Of a stretch of 64,000 nt of DNA, positions 34,292 through 44,815 are shown piece by piece. Every line of letters begins with the position of its first letter. The first letter of the stretch is position 1. Made by a program: the position numbers and the translations under genes. Source of the DNA: a virus; the IMG/VR virus record IMGVR_UViG_3300032288_004702, positions 64,001 to 128,000 of that record. The stretch is one strand, 5' to 3'. The notes under the pieces were generated by a model. The model did no database searches and had not been told where the DNA came from. It worked only from the letters and a program-made list of their open reading frames with translations.

Positions 34292-34516
34292 TTACTTATC
34301 TACTGCCTCTTCACTGACAGCCAGCGAGATGCTTTCCCACAGGTCGTTTTCGGGGTGTTCGTCAAACGCTTGACAAATCTTCTCCCATGCTTCTTGGGTC
34401 AGTTCCACTTCGTCATCCGCTGAGTAGTCAAAGTCGCTCTTCGTGTAGACGACTGCGCAGATTTCCTCTGCGGGATTCAGTTTCTGTAAAGCTTTGATGA
34501 GTGTTTGGACTTGCAT
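34292..34516 (-). CDS. Hypothetical protein (likely leaderless)
   Basis: TTGACA-17-TAGAGT lies 6 nt before the ATG. Confidence 0.6.
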   Translation of the reverse strand: MQVQTLIKALQKLNPAEEICAVVYTKSDFDYSADDEVELTQEAWEKICQAFDEHPENDLWESISLAVSEEAVDK

Positions 34517-34631
34517 GACGACACTCTATCCACCACCGTCGGTTTTGTCAACCTCTTTTTAAATCTGTCCAGTAAATAAAAAATGAGATTCTGCAAGCGG
34601 GCGAACATGTGTTCGTACTAATGTCTCATTC

Positions 34632-35006
34632 ATGGACAACAGCACAAAATTCAATATGTATGTGGAAGCCCTCGAGCTGTACATTTCAAAAAATGGAAAT
34701 TCTAAAATTCCAGCATCACATGTTGAAATCGTAAATGAAAAAACAATTTCTCTTGGCGCATGGGCCGGATACATCCGTCAGAGATTTCGCAAAAATCAAC
34801 TTCCCGCAGCACGTGTAGCCAGACTTGAACAAATCAACGGCTGGCAGTGGGGGCCATTTCAGCCAGGGCCGGCGACGGATTCTGCAAGAAATGAATCAAT
34901 TCGCGAGCTTCGCATTCAGGGCAAGTCTCTTCGGGAAATCGCAGATGAGTTTGATTTGTCGCGGCAGCGCGTACATCAAATCATCAAAAAGATGAAAATT
35001 TCGTAG
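34632..35006 (+). CDS. Helicase-associated (HA) domain fused to a sigma-region-4-like HTH
   Basis: LELYISKNG...LGAW...RQR...RVARLEQINGWQW, then GKSLREIADEFDLSRQRVHQI. Confidence 0.75.
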   Translation: MDNSTKFNMYVEALELYISKNGNSKIPASHVEIVNEKTISLGAWAGYIRQRFRKNQLPAARVARLEQINGWQWGPFQPGPATDSARNESIRELRIQGKSLREIADEFDLSRQRVHQIIKKMKIS

Positions 35007-35056
35007 GGCCGTCCGGTCTTCCACCACCGTCATTAAGTTTCCGCGAGGGGGAAAAC

Positions 35057-35368
35057 ATGGTTTCTCAAAATTGGAAAAATACGAACAAAACTTCTGGGTC
35101 GTTTCCTCGGGCTTTCCGAGATTCGCCGATTTCGGGCGGGGCTCCCACCCCAAAGAAGGGTGGTCGTGACAGCCGGCGAGAGGGGAACGCATTTCTTGGA
35201 TTTCTGTTGCTCGTCGGGATACACACCGTTCTGCTGTGGCTTGCCGTGCGTGTCGCAGAATCGGCAGGAATCGTGACATGGAATGTCGGCTGGTGGGATT
35301 CACTGAAACTCGCCACGCTGTATGTCGTGTGGAAGGCTGTCGCTCTCATGGCTTGGAATCGCCACTGA
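35057..35368 (+). CDS. Membrane protein
   Basis: Two C-terminal hydrophobic helices. Confidence 0.45.
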   Translation: MVSQNWKNTNKTSGSFPRAFRDSPISGGAPTPKKGGRDSRREGNAFLGFLLLVGIHTVLLWLAVRVAESAGIVTWNVGWWDSLKLATLYVVWKAVALMAWNRH

Positions 35369-35632
35369 CGCACCGAGAGAGACTTATCTACTCCTAGTAC
35401 CACTGGCGATACATGCATGCATGACGCATGCACCGAGCATGCCGTGAGCATGCCTGCCAGCACGAACAGGAGCAGAGTAGATAAGTGGGTCACGAGCGGT
35501 ACTCTGCCCACGGGTCACGCCCTGCGCTCAACTCTGCCTGCTCCCATTCCAGCAACGCATACGCCCATGAATCGCACTGTGCGCATGGACACTTGCTCTC
35601 ATGTCCTTCGGGCTGTTCGGGTCGTGGTGTCC

Positions 35633-35872
35633 TCACGATTCGCTCACTTTCTGAAACATGTCTGCGAGAATCGGCAGAACGCTCATTCCTTCGTTGTATG
35701 TGAGGGCAGTCCAGTCACGCTCTGCTTGCTCTCTGCTGTATTCGCCTTTCGCCAACTCTCGCTTCATGCCTTCGTAGTAGTGGCAGAGATTCGTGAGAGC
35801 GTCGTACAACTCGTCCAGCAGTTCCTCTTCGTCCATTGTGTCGTCCCCATGCGTGTCTAGTAGTGATTCCAA
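35633..35872 (-). CDS. Hypothetical acidic protein
   Basis: RBS GAAAGGGGGG upstream. Confidence 0.5.
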   Translation of the reverse strand: MESLLDTHGDDTMDEEELLDELYDALTNLCHYYEGMKRELAKGEYSREQAERDWTALTYNEGMSVLPILADMFQKVSES

Positions 35873-36036
35873 GTTATCTACTTCCCCCCTTTCCCACTAC
35901 CCCTTGCGGAGAATCAAAGGAGCGTGACTCTCACGCTCGGGGCAGTGGTGGTACACAGAGTAGATAAGTCTCTGTGACCATTCCCCTCGGGCGGTGGTGG
36001 GTGTCCAAGCCCACCACCACCCTCTCGGGAAGTTAT

Positions 36037-37605
36037 CTACTCCCTCTCGGGGAGCGGTGTCCCCATGTGCTGATAGTAGATGTTTCGGAACATGTACGGA
36101 TACACGCTCTGTGCTTTGCCGTTCACTTTGAGGTTGCGCAACTGCTCAATGGCTTCCTCAATGTGGGGAACCACGATGTAGCGGTGCTGTCGTGCGTAGG
36201 TAATGCACTGCATGGCAAGCAGGTCGGAGAATCCGTCATTTGCTCCACACACTCCACCGTCTGTGACCCACACAAGCGGAGTGTTCTTGTATTGACGATT
36301 CTGAACGCCCCACTCAATAGCGGGGAAGTCCACGCCGTTGCCGTGTCCGTAGTCAATGTATTCCACATTCTCCACCATGCGTCCCTTGTCTGCAACGACC
36401 CATGCGTTCGCACGGTCGCCAGTACCACGACCACGGTCGGAGTAGATGAGGACAGTAGCCCCAGGAGCGTTCTCAATGATTTCTGCGATTTGCTCCGTAG
36501 TGAACGACATGGAACCGCTTGCGTCAATGATGACCATGCCACCACTGCCACGCACCGTCTTGTCAAAGACACGCTTTGCAGGGTCGGTCATGTAGCGGTG
36601 CATGCGCCGTGGGCGAATACCGACATTCGTGGCGATTCGCTTCTTGCCCATTGAGCCGTAGTGGTAGCGAGGCAACGGTTCACGACTGACGACAAGTTCT
36701 GCCCACCGTGTCGCTCCACCGTGTTCTGCTGGTGTCACCTTGCCGTGTGGGTTTCCGTCCCTGTCGCCGTCCTTGCTTTCGCCTTCCTCGTACTCGGCAG
36801 AGTGTTCCTCTTGCTCGTCACCCGATTCGGACTTATCTACTCCCTTTGCGCCAGCCTTGCCAGCCTTCCCCTTCTTGGGGTCGTTCTTGCGAGACTTCGG
36901 CGGTGGGAATGAGGCGAGCCTGTCCACCCACTCTGCCATGCGCTCGGTGTGAATGAATCCGTATGGAGCGACACCCTCGTAGGTGTCGGTGCTTGCGAGT
37001 GTGCGTGTCTGATGAGCCTTGCGCATTTCCTTCACTGCTCGCTTGCCAATGTCCACAAGTGCGTCACCCCATGCTCGGTTGTGCCTGCGGATTCCGTTGA
37101 GGAATGGCTTGTGTCCAGCCGTGTTCGCCGTGGCGATACACATGGCAACTGCGCCTGCCCAGTCTCCCGACTGTGCAAGTTTCTCGCCTGTGGCGAGTTC
37201 GCTTCCGTCAGAGAGGTGCGTCTTGACATCAAAGCCAGCCTGCTGACAGAGGTAGTTCACTCGCAGTTCCTCAACGACTGTCATGGCAGTCTCGGACGCA
37301 ACAGAGCGACCGACAAAGACTTCCATTTGTTCGGTGGTCGGAGACACCTTCGCATGCATCATTTCGTGCGCACGAACGACACGCTCCATTTCACCGTCCA
37401 CGGACGGAGCGAACATGACACGGTGAGTGACATCAGTGCGAGGCTCGCCACGCACTGCACGGCAGTCCTCAACAGTCCAACGCTCATGGGCGAGGTCTTT
37501 ACGACCAAGCATGTTCGGTTCAGGGCGGTGCGCCCCCTTCTCAGACTTATCTACCTGAGAAGGGAACGCCTTGCCCCTGCTGTTCTGTGCAGGAGAGAAC
37601 GACAT
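36037..37605 (-). CDS. HExxH metallopeptidase-like plus VWA domain protein
   Basis: AHEMMH; MIDAS motif IIDASGSM; WVTDG. Confidence 0.75.
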   Translation of the reverse strand: MSFSPAQNSRGKAFPSQVDKSEKGAHRPEPNMLGRKDLAHERWTVEDCRAVRGEPRTDVTHRVMFAPSVDGEMERVVRAHEMMHAKVSPTTEQMEVFVGRSVASETAMTVVEELRVNYLCQQAGFDVKTHLSDGSELATGEKLAQSGDWAGAVAMCIATANTAGHKPFLNGIRRHNRAWGDALVDIGKRAVKEMRKAHQTRTLASTDTYEGVAPYGFIHTERMAEWVDRLASFPPPKSRKNDPKKGKAGKAGAKGVDKSESGDEQEEHSAEYEEGESKDGDRDGNPHGKVTPAEHGGATRWAELVVSREPLPRYHYGSMGKKRIATNVGIRPRRMHRYMTDPAKRVFDKTVRGSGGMVIIDASGSMSFTTEQIAEIIENAPGATVLIYSDRGRGTGDRANAWVVADKGRMVENVEYIDYGHGNGVDFPAIEWGVQNRQYKNTPLVWVTDGGVCGANDGFSDLLAMQCITYARQHRYIVVPHIEEAIEQLRNLKVNGKAQSVYPYMFRNIYYQHMGTPLPERE

Positions 37606-37607
37606 GA

Positions 37608-38333
37608 CTACTTCACTCCGTCCACTGCGAGAGCGTCAAGAATCTGCTTGGCACGGTTGCCGAATGTCAGTTGGCAGGCTCGCTCCATTCCGACCGACTT
37701 GCGCAACTTGTCCAGTGCCATGAAAGCACGGAGAGAGATACGAGCCTCGCCACCGTCAGCCATGCGAACGGCATAGCCACGCAGGTCGGGAGACAAGCGG
37801 AGAAGTGCGTTCGGGTGCGGTTCGTTGATTCGGATACGAATGGGGAAACGGTCTGCGAGAGCCGTGGGCAGTTCGCTCATGTTCTCAATGTTCGTGGTCA
37901 TCACGGCAGAGAATCCGTCAAGAGGGCGAACAGTCTCGCCAGTCTCGGGGTGCTGGAAGGAAGCCGATTCGGGAGAATCCAGCATGGCGAGGAGTGTTGC
38001 GAACACATCGCCACCTGCCTTATCTACTTCGTCCACGATGAGGCGACCGCCCTTCGTGCCGTTGCCCTTCCATGCTTTGAGAGCCGAGCCGTCAAGCCAC
38101 TGGAAGCCACCGTTCGCTGACGGCATGAAACCGCCCGTGACATCCATGTTGGTCATGTCCTCTGTGCAGACGAGGCGGTATGCGCCAGCCTCGGTGTCTC
38201 CGAACGACAGACCTGCGTAGGTCTTGCCAGTTCCAGCAGGACCGAACAGAATGATTCGGTCAATGCCTGCGTCAAGTGCGTCCTTGACATCTTGCCAGCA
38301 CTGCGGAAGTGCTGTCTCTTGGGTGGTGTCCAT
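37608..38333 (-). CDS. MoxR/CbbQ-type AAA+ ATPase
   Basis: GPAGTGKT, LIVDEVD, MTTN, ALADRF; paired with the VWA gene. Confidence 0.85.
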   Translation of the reverse strand: MDTTQETALPQCWQDVKDALDAGIDRIILFGPAGTGKTYAGLSFGDTEAGAYRLVCTEDMTNMDVTGGFMPSANGGFQWLDGSALKAWKGNGTKGGRLIVDEVDKAGGDVFATLLAMLDSPESASFQHPETGETVRPLDGFSAVMTTNIENMSELPTALADRFPIRIRINEPHPNALLRLSPDLRGYAVRMADGGEARISLRAFMALDKLRKSVGMERACQLTFGNRAKQILDALAVDGVK

Positions 38334-38653
38334 GTTTGCTCCTTTGTAAGCGGTTGGTAGGGACACCCACACAATACCACCTATGGGACAGACTTCCCAA
38401 ATCGCTTGACACCTTGTGGGGCAAGGGTTTCCGACTTATCTACTCTGTCTGTCTGCCGTGGTGCGCCCGACTTATCTACTCCTGCTGTGGGGTGGTGCGG
38501 TGGGTCTGCGCCGTGCGCCCGACTTATCTACTATCCCCCCGTGCGCCCCTCGCCCACCTCGCCCTCGGGCGTGGAGCCCCGCTGTCTTTGGGGGTCTATT
38601 CGGGCCGGGGCTTCGAGCTACTTATCTACTCTGAAAGATGAAAGGAGACTTAT

Positions 38654-39142
38654 CTACTCTTCTTCGTCTTTGGGGTCTGAGATTCGCCACAGACCTTTCT
38701 TGACCTTGATGTAAAGCGGTGATTCGCTGATGTATTTCAGCGTTGTTTGGTATGAGAAACCAGAAACCTCAACAAGTTGTTCAGTGGTGTATTCCTCGCC
38801 CTTATGTTCGTCTGCCCATGAATCAAACTGGCCGTACTTGTCCTTGCGTCGTTCGGTCTTGATAACTCCAGTATTTACTGCGTTCAGGTGCGAGAGGTAT
38901 GACTTGATAAAGGTTGTTAGTACTTCTTCGCTAACGGAGTAGTAGCGGAGCATTGCTGTCGGGTTCCCATTACACCCTTCTCTTTGCCACTTCTCCATGA
39001 CATACAGCGCACGGATAGTTTCCGCTATGCGCCATCTCTCTGCTTGGTTCGCATACCTGTCTTGTGGCTTCTTGTACTTCTTGTCAAACTCTCCGTACAG
39101 CCGTGCGTTCTCTGCGTGTACGAACTCAATAGTAAAGTTCAT
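38654..39142 (-). CDS. Hypothetical protein, C-terminal winged-helix-like
   Basis: YTTEQLVEVSGFSYQTTLKYI...KVKKGLW. Confidence 0.6.
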   Translation of the reverse strand: MNFTIEFVHAENARLYGEFDKKYKKPQDRYANQAERWRIAETIRALYVMEKWQREGCNGNPTAMLRYYSVSEEVLTTFIKSYLSHLNAVNTGVIKTERRKDKYGQFDSWADEHKGEEYTTEQLVEVSGFSYQTTLKYISESPLYIKVKKGLWRISDPKDEEE

Positions 39143-39510
39143 AACATTTCTCCTATTCCGACTTATCTACTACTCCCCCGCGTGACACTATCACCACTCG
39201 GACAGGCTTCCCAAAGTTGCAAACAAAAACTGAGAATCTGCAAAAAAGAGAAAAATCCTGCTGCCAGTAAGCCCTAGGGCTTGCCTTCCGCCACCGTCAT
39301 TCGGATTTATTTGATAAATCTCCGCCGCCAGCTCGAGCGTCCTTCTGCGAAAAAATCAAAAAATCGTCAGAGATTTAGACAACCAAGAAACCAATACCGC
39401 GTTTCAGCGGGGCTCCACCCCAGGGAAACGGACCGATGAAGAAAGGGGAGTGCTACCGCCCAACCGAACGGCAACACTCCCCGAGTAGATAAGTGAAAGG
39501 GGGGACTTAT

Positions 39511-39720
39511 CTACTCTGACCCGATGACCTCAAAGCGGTCGCCCGCTTCCTCTACAAGCCCGAGCCCGCTTCCGCTATCCCACTGGACGAACACTGTTCC
39601 CCAGTCGTCTACGAAATCCACGGTTCCTTCCTCTCCTGCTTTCAGGAGCGTGTAGGGGTCGGAGCAGTAAATGAGTCTGACTCTCTGCCCGACTAGGTGT
39701 TCGTTTCTTGCCCGTCTCAT
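39511..39720 (-). CDS. DUF4314-like protein
   Basis: GQRVRL...DPY..L..GEEGTVDFVDDWGTVFVQWDSGSGLGLV..GDRF. Confidence 0.8.
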   Translation of the reverse strand: MRRARNEHLVGQRVRLIYCSDPYTLLKAGEEGTVDFVDDWGTVFVQWDSGSGLGLVEEAGDRFEVIGSE

Positions 39721-39873
39721 GCTGGAATCTCACTTTCTGTGTTGGTGGTGATGAGAAGTATGCGAATGTCCAAGAGCAGGTCAGTCATCTCTGCCGATGA
39801 CACGATGTCCCTGCCCGAACAGTGGGCTATGGCTTTGTCCACTAAGGCGACCAGTTCCTCGTCCATGACTTAT

Positions 39874-40566
39874 CTACTCCCCTTTCTTTCGCTTGGGAGC
39901 CTTGTCAAGCATTTCCTTGTAGGCAACCGTCTTGGTGGCGAGTTGCATGTAGCCGACCGTTGCCAGCAGTGCGTCAGGCAACTTTCCGTGCGATTCAGCC
40001 TCGGGGTTCACATTCCCGACTGAACACATCGGTTCTTCGTCAAATACGGGAAGTCCGTGGTCGTCATAGCGGTACATGCTGGTGATAGACCAAACGCATG
40101 TTGCGTTCCAGTCCACGGCGGTCAAGATGATTCCTTCACGGACTGTTGAGAACGGATTCTCCTTGTAGTCCTTCTCAAAGTCACCCCTGTCGTGGTTCTG
40201 TGCTTCCTCGTCAGTCATGTCCTGCTTTGCGTAGCCCTCAACGAGAACCATGATGAAGTCAAACGGACGAATCGGGAGAGCCTTCACGACATCCTCAAAT
40301 GCGTCATAGATGTCCTCTTTGTGAATGAGGGGAATCATGGCAAGGTGGTACGGCTTTGAGAGTGAGAACTCCTGCTGGTAGTCCAAGCATGCGTCATGGT
40401 CGGGATTCGTTTCGTTGCTCTCAACGGCAACGAGAAGCAGAGGGGGACTGTCCTGCATGGGCTCGTCCTTGCACATTTCCGTCTTGGCAAAGACGGCTCG
40501 GTTGAGCAAATCTTCCATGATTTGCTTCATGTCGTGGTCTATGACCTCGTTATCTCGTGGTTTCAT
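39874..40566 (-). CDS. Hypothetical protein
   Basis: 230 aa behind the conserved promoter and RBS GAAAGGGG. Confidence 0.7.
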   Translation of the reverse strand: MKPRDNEVIDHDMKQIMEDLLNRAVFAKTEMCKDEPMQDSPPLLLVAVESNETNPDHDACLDYQQEFSLSKPYHLAMIPLIHKEDIYDAFEDVVKALPIRPFDFIMVLVEGYAKQDMTDEEAQNHDRGDFEKDYKENPFSTVREGIILTAVDWNATCVWSITSMYRYDDHGLPVFDEEPMCSVGNVNPEAESHGKLPDALLATVGYMQLATKTVAYKEMLDKAPKRKKGE

Positions 40567-40686
40567 TGGTTGCCCCTTTCAGGCGGTGTGGTTGGTACTG
40601 GAAGCATACCATGTCAGGTACAGACTTCCCAAAGTTATCTACTGACAGTAGGGGTCGGTACAAGCCCCTACACGCCAGCATGATTC

Positions 40687-40908
40687 CTACTTCTCTCCGA
40701 GCAGGTTGTTTACCGAAACTCCGAGAGCAGTGCTTACGGCGAGCAGTGTTGTCACGCTCGGTGCGAATCTTCCGTTCTCAATACGATTCACCGTCTTTCG
40801 GTCAAGCCCTGCACGGTTGGCAAGTTCCAACTGTGACCAGCCCTTCTCTGACCTGTGAACTCGTACTGATTCTGAGATTTGCTCTGTTGATGTTGCTGAT
40901 GTTCCCAT
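40687..40908 (-). CDS. XRE-family HTH protein
   Basis: GWSQLELANRAGLDRKTVNRIENGRFAPS. Confidence 0.85.
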   Translation of the reverse strand: MGTSATSTEQISESVRVHRSEKGWSQLELANRAGLDRKTVNRIENGRFAPSVTTLLAVSTALGVSVNNLLGEK

Positions 40909-40956
40909 TTGGGATTCCTTTCATTTGGGGGGTTTATGGAGTTATCTACTCCGTTT

Positions 40957-41697
40957 CTAGATGGACGAAATGAATGTGCGTGGCGTTCTCCCTTCTTTCT
41001 TGCAACGGCGAACATAGGCGAGGTGCTTCTTGTATTCCTTCATGCATGTCAGCATGTCGTCATCGCACTGCTCCATGAGATAGTTATTCCACTCGGAATG
41101 GGCTTCCCACCAAGTCTCCAATGCGTCATCGTCTGCGTCCTCTGCTTCTGCCTTGTCAGACAGTTCTCGCAACTCGGGGGTGAGGAAGTTTGGGTCACGC
41201 TCACCAGCCTCAATGACAGTTCCGTTATGAAACACAGACCAGCAAATGAAGGCTCGGGATTCTTCATCCGAGGAAACACCAAAGATGAGGTTCGGATAAA
41301 TCGCAGAAATCTTCTGAATCAGTCCGTCGCAGGGTGACCATGCTGATTCGTACCGTATGGTAATCATGTTTCCAGCAGGTGTCGGGTCGTCTATTTCGGG
41401 TCGGCATGCTCCCCACTTGCTTCCCCAAGTTTCGCAAGCGTCAAGGTAGCCGTCAAAGCCGTCCTTCTCTTTCGTGGCAAACACGCCCATAGTGGTCGTG
41501 ACTTCTTTGCCCTCTGCGTCCTTGTGAGTAGTGGTGATTTCCTTGTGACCCCTCGGGTCAAGTGGAACGAGTTGATTCAGTTCGTACTCGGGGTAGGAGC
41601 GTTCGTTGCTTTCTGCAACCGTTATGTCCTTGACGAACTTGGCGATTTCTCGCTTTGTCCCCATGACTGTCATGTAGTTGTAGCACCAGTTCGGCAT
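40957..41697 (-). CDS. YubB/DUF1281-like (ferredoxin-like fold) protein
   Basis: MPNWCYN...WGSKWG...YESAWSP; true start follows the promoter and RBS. Confidence 0.75.
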   Translation of the reverse strand: MPNWCYNYMTVMGTKREIAKFVKDITVAESNERSYPEYELNQLVPLDPRGHKEITTTHKDAEGKEVTTTMGVFATKEKDGFDGYLDACETWGSKWGACRPEIDDPTPAGNMITIRYESAWSPCDGLIQKISAIYPNLIFGVSSDEESRAFICWSVFHNGTVIEAGERDPNFLTPELRELSDKAEAEDADDDALETWWEAHSEWNNYLMEQCDDDMLTCMKEYKKHLAYVRRCKKEGRTPRTFISSI

Positions 41698-42282
41698 TTG
41701 TCTTTCCCTTTCGGCTTGGTGGCTATTCGTACTGTACCACCAGTCGGACAGACTTACATAACTTCGCTCTTCCACCACCGTCATTGAGTTATCTACTCTC
41801 GTTCGGGTCTGCGGGATTTATCTACCAGCCCCCCGACCTGCGCCTTCCCCCCAACTTATCTACTACCCCCCCGCTCCGCGCCCCCACCGCCCCTCGGGAC
41901 GGAGCCCCGGCTCGGTTGCGCAATGCGGGGCTCCAAGCTGGAACCCAACGAACGAGTGAAAGAAGTTATCTACTCTGCGATGGATGCGTAGATAAGTGAC
42001 ACGCTGGCGAATGAATGTCCAGCACCACGGCCGTACTTGATGAATCGGAGAATCCCACGGATTCCATCGGGCAGGTGCGTGAAGGCTTCGTCCGACCAGC
42101 CGTAGTCATCAAATGGAGAGTTATCTACTGGTTCAGGGGCAAACGAAACGATACGAATCTGAGGCTCGTACTCCCACGCCCAGCGAACATTGCACTCAGC
42201 ACCGACCAGGAGAAGTTCTTTGTGGAAGAACCGATGACGGAAGTACGAGATGATGAGCGAAATGTAGAGAGCCATGAGTTAT

Positions 42283-42555
42283 CTACTTCTCATTCCATTC
42301 GGCATAGACACGAATCGCCGACTTTCGCCTGTCATCGGCAGGCATGTTCTTCACGAACTGTGTAAGCGAGGAAAGAATGTCCAGAATGTCGTCCTCTGTC
42401 ATGTCGTGATTCTCCGACATGGATTCGGCAAGCGTCCCATTGGCGTATTCGTCCCAAATAATCGCCATTGCCTCTACTGCGTTCGTGGACAGCGTGAAGT
42501 AGTTGTCCCACAGCATGTCCATTACTTCTATGCGGTCTTGTTCTGTAATCACCAC
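42283..42555 (-). CDS. Hypothetical protein
   Basis: 90 aa; stop lies inside GTAGATAA. Confidence 0.55.
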   Translation of the reverse strand: MVITEQDRIEVMDMLWDNYFTLSTNAVEAMAIIWDEYANGTLAESMSENHDMTEDDILDILSSLTQFVKNMPADDRRKSAIRVYAEWNEK

Positions 42556-42788
42556 AGAACCTCTTGGTGCTTCTCGGTCGTGACTTCCTGAATCTCGGAT
42601 TCGTCAATGCCGTGCTTTATCGCAATGTGCGCTTCGCTCATGTCCTCGGCGTCCTGAATCTCATCGCCTTCTGCGTAGGCGTAGGCGGTGAATGTCTCCA
42701 CCTTCTCGTTGCGCTTCACGATGACCGTTGTGCGGTACAGCACTGGGTCTTTCATGAATGACCGAACCCTGTCGTTGATGGCTTCCAT
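42549..42788 (-). CDS. Hypothetical protein
   Basis: MEAINDRVR... Confidence 0.5.
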   Translation of the reverse strand: MEAINDRVRSFMKDPVLYRTTVIVKRNEKVETFTAYAYAEGDEIQDAEDMSEAHIAIKHGIDESEIQEVTTEKHQEVLW

Positions 42789-42945
42789 TCTCACCACTGC
42801 TCCTTCTTCCAGTTGCGCTTCTCCCGTGTACGGAGAATCCTATGCCACTTCTTGCAGGAATGCTTGCTTCCACGCCCTTTGACGAAATCGCCACAGCAAC
42901 CCCACGGGCAGGACTTGGCGTTCCTCTGTGAGTACATCATGTTGC

Positions 42946-43134
42946 TCACTTATCTACTCCTTCGCACTGACAGAAATCCGAAACATCGCACTGACACCAG
43001 TCAGCAGGCATTTCGCAATAGAAGCAATACTTCTCATTGTAGGCGTTCTTGTTTGCCGGAATCATGCCACAAGTAGGACACATGGGACGGAACATATCGT
43101 CCAGCATTTCGGAGATGCGCTTCATTTCACCCAT
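42946..43134 (-). CDS. Small Cys-rich protein
   Basis: CPTC, CFYC, CQC. Confidence 0.5.
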   Translation of the reverse strand: MGEMKRISEMLDDMFRPMCPTCGMIPANKNAYNEKYCFYCEMPADWCQCDVSDFCQCEGVDK

Positions 43135-43406
43135 CAGAAATCGTCGTCCTCTTCCTCGTCCTCGTCCCAGTCGTCCTCGTAGTCATCGTCCAACTGCTGG
43201 TCCACGGAGAACCAGCGCATGACCGTCAGCAGAAGGTTGTCGTAGTTGCCCGAGGTTGCTTCGGCGTGGAAGGCTTCCACTTCGTCACGCAGACCATTCT
43301 GCTTCATGATTCGCTGGACACGCCCGAGAATGGAGAAGGCGTTGCCGTCCTCTCCAACGAGGGGAATGTTGATGTGCGGATACTTGGGTGAGGTGATGTT
43401 GCTCAT
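43134..43406 (-). CDS. Conserved phage hypothetical protein
   Basis: LVGEDGNAFSILGRV...ATSGNYDNLL; ATG lies 6 nt after the -10 box (leaderless). Confidence 0.7.
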   Translation of the reverse strand: MSNITSPKYPHINIPLVGEDGNAFSILGRVQRIMKQNGLRDEVEAFHAEATSGNYDNLLLTVMRWFSVDQQLDDDYEDDWDEDEEEDDDF

Positions 43407-43724
43407 GCCCTCATCATACCAGCCGTGGTACAGGCTTCCCAAATCAGCCCTTTCAACCACCGTCAATGTGTTGCGAGTTATCTACTACCCCCCCCAGCGC
43501 GTTCCGATTTCCAAAGATTTCCACAACTCGGATTTATCTACTACACCCCCGACTGCGCCTCGCCCCTGTCCGCAGGGAGCCCCGGCCGTTGCAGGGTCCA
43601 GAATCAGGCGGGGCTCCACCCCCAAACGCCCCCACCTGACTGCCTCGGGGTGGGGACTTATCTACTCTGCTAGTTCTCCCCCCTCGCCCAACCGAAGCGA
43701 GAGGAGAGAGACCTAGTAGATAAG

Positions 43725-44036
43725 TCAGAGCGAGTGCCGACCGCCTCGGGTCTCGTATCGGGAGACCGCCTCGGTGATGTTCTCGCAGTAGTCGCCACTT
43801 CCGAACGACCAGCCATCGGGTCGGTCTATCGCCGTCCATACGGCGAACGGGTGACGGGGGTTGTGGGGCAGGTGGCACAGCACAGTCCACATGGCGTATG
43901 CGTCCACATCGCTCGGGCGCAGAAGCCAGCAAGCGAGAACGGTCACGGCATTGTCCATGCTGGCAGGGGTGACTACCTCTCCCACGCTCAGGGTGCGCAT
44001 GGGATAGGTGTCGGTGGGGGACTTATCTACTCCCAT
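43725..44036 (-). CDS. Hypothetical protein
   Basis: HPFAVW...GDYCENITEA. Confidence 0.5.
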   Translation of the reverse strand: MGVDKSPTDTYPMRTLSVGEVVTPASMDNAVTVLACWLLRPSDVDAYAMWTVLCHLPHNPRHPFAVWTAIDRPDGWSFGSGDYCENITEAVSRYETRGGRHSL

Positions 44037-44038
44037 GT

Positions 44039-44491
44039 TCACGCCCCCTCTCCGTTGAGCCATGCGTCAAACTCTTCATCGGTGAAAGCGGTGATGGTCG
44101 GCGGCGTGGAAAGGACTTCCTGAACAGCGAGAGCGAGAGCCTTCATCACATTCTCGTCAGCGAGCAGGGTCTTGGAGAGTGTCTCCAAGTAGGACGGGTC
44201 GTACTGCTCGGGAACATCGTGGTTCTCTCCGTCATAGTCACCTTCCTCGTTGAGTGCGCCAAGAACGACCACATCGCCCACGAGAGGGCGACCGAACATG
44301 AGGCTTGCGAGAGCGTTCGGTGCGAGTCCGATGAGGAGTCCTTCGTCATTCACATACGCAACAAGGTCATCAGTGCGAACGCAGTCAAGCCAGCCACCAC
44401 AGAGTTCGTTCAGAACGAGGTGACCGCCTTCCTCGGGAACGGTGGTGACTTCCACCTCTCCCGTGGTCTTGATGAGTAGTGCTGTTGCCAT
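44039..44491 (-). CDS. DUF3846-like protein
   Basis: CGGWLD...YVNDEGLLIGLAPN..AS....LVGDVVVLG. Confidence 0.75.
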   Translation of the reverse strand: MATALLIKTTGEVEVTTVPEEGGHLVLNELCGGWLDCVRTDDLVAYVNDEGLLIGLAPNALASLMFGRPLVGDVVVLGALNEEGDYDGENHDVPEQYDPSYLETLSKTLLADENVMKALALAVQEVLSTPPTITAFTDEEFDAWLNGEGA

Positions 44492-44815
44492 TGCTAACCC
44501 CTTTCAGGTTGTGTGTATCGGTGGCGACCACAGAGTACCACCATTAGGACAGGCTTCCCAAACTTATCTACCACTCCCCCGCGTTGCCCTCGCCTTGCGT
44601 GTGGGGTGGAGCCCCGGGGTGGCTGGGCTTCGGGCGGGGCTCCTGCCCCAGCCCTTGCCCCTCGCTCGGACTTATCTACTCTCCCCGAACACGCCTGTTC
44701 CCCCGTGCGCCTTGCGGACACTCGGGGGACAGACGGAGTAGATAAGTGTTGGGGTGGGGGACTTATCTACTCCACTCGGCTCGGGGGCTTGCGCCCCCTT
44801 GCCTTGCGTGTGGGG

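Noticed and set aside
40957-43466. ORF-track starts reading MTVVE... or MGSLS.../MGRLS...
   Set aside because: These are translations of the TGACGGTGGTGGAAGA motif and of the promoter repeat; real starts lie downstream of the promoter and RBS.
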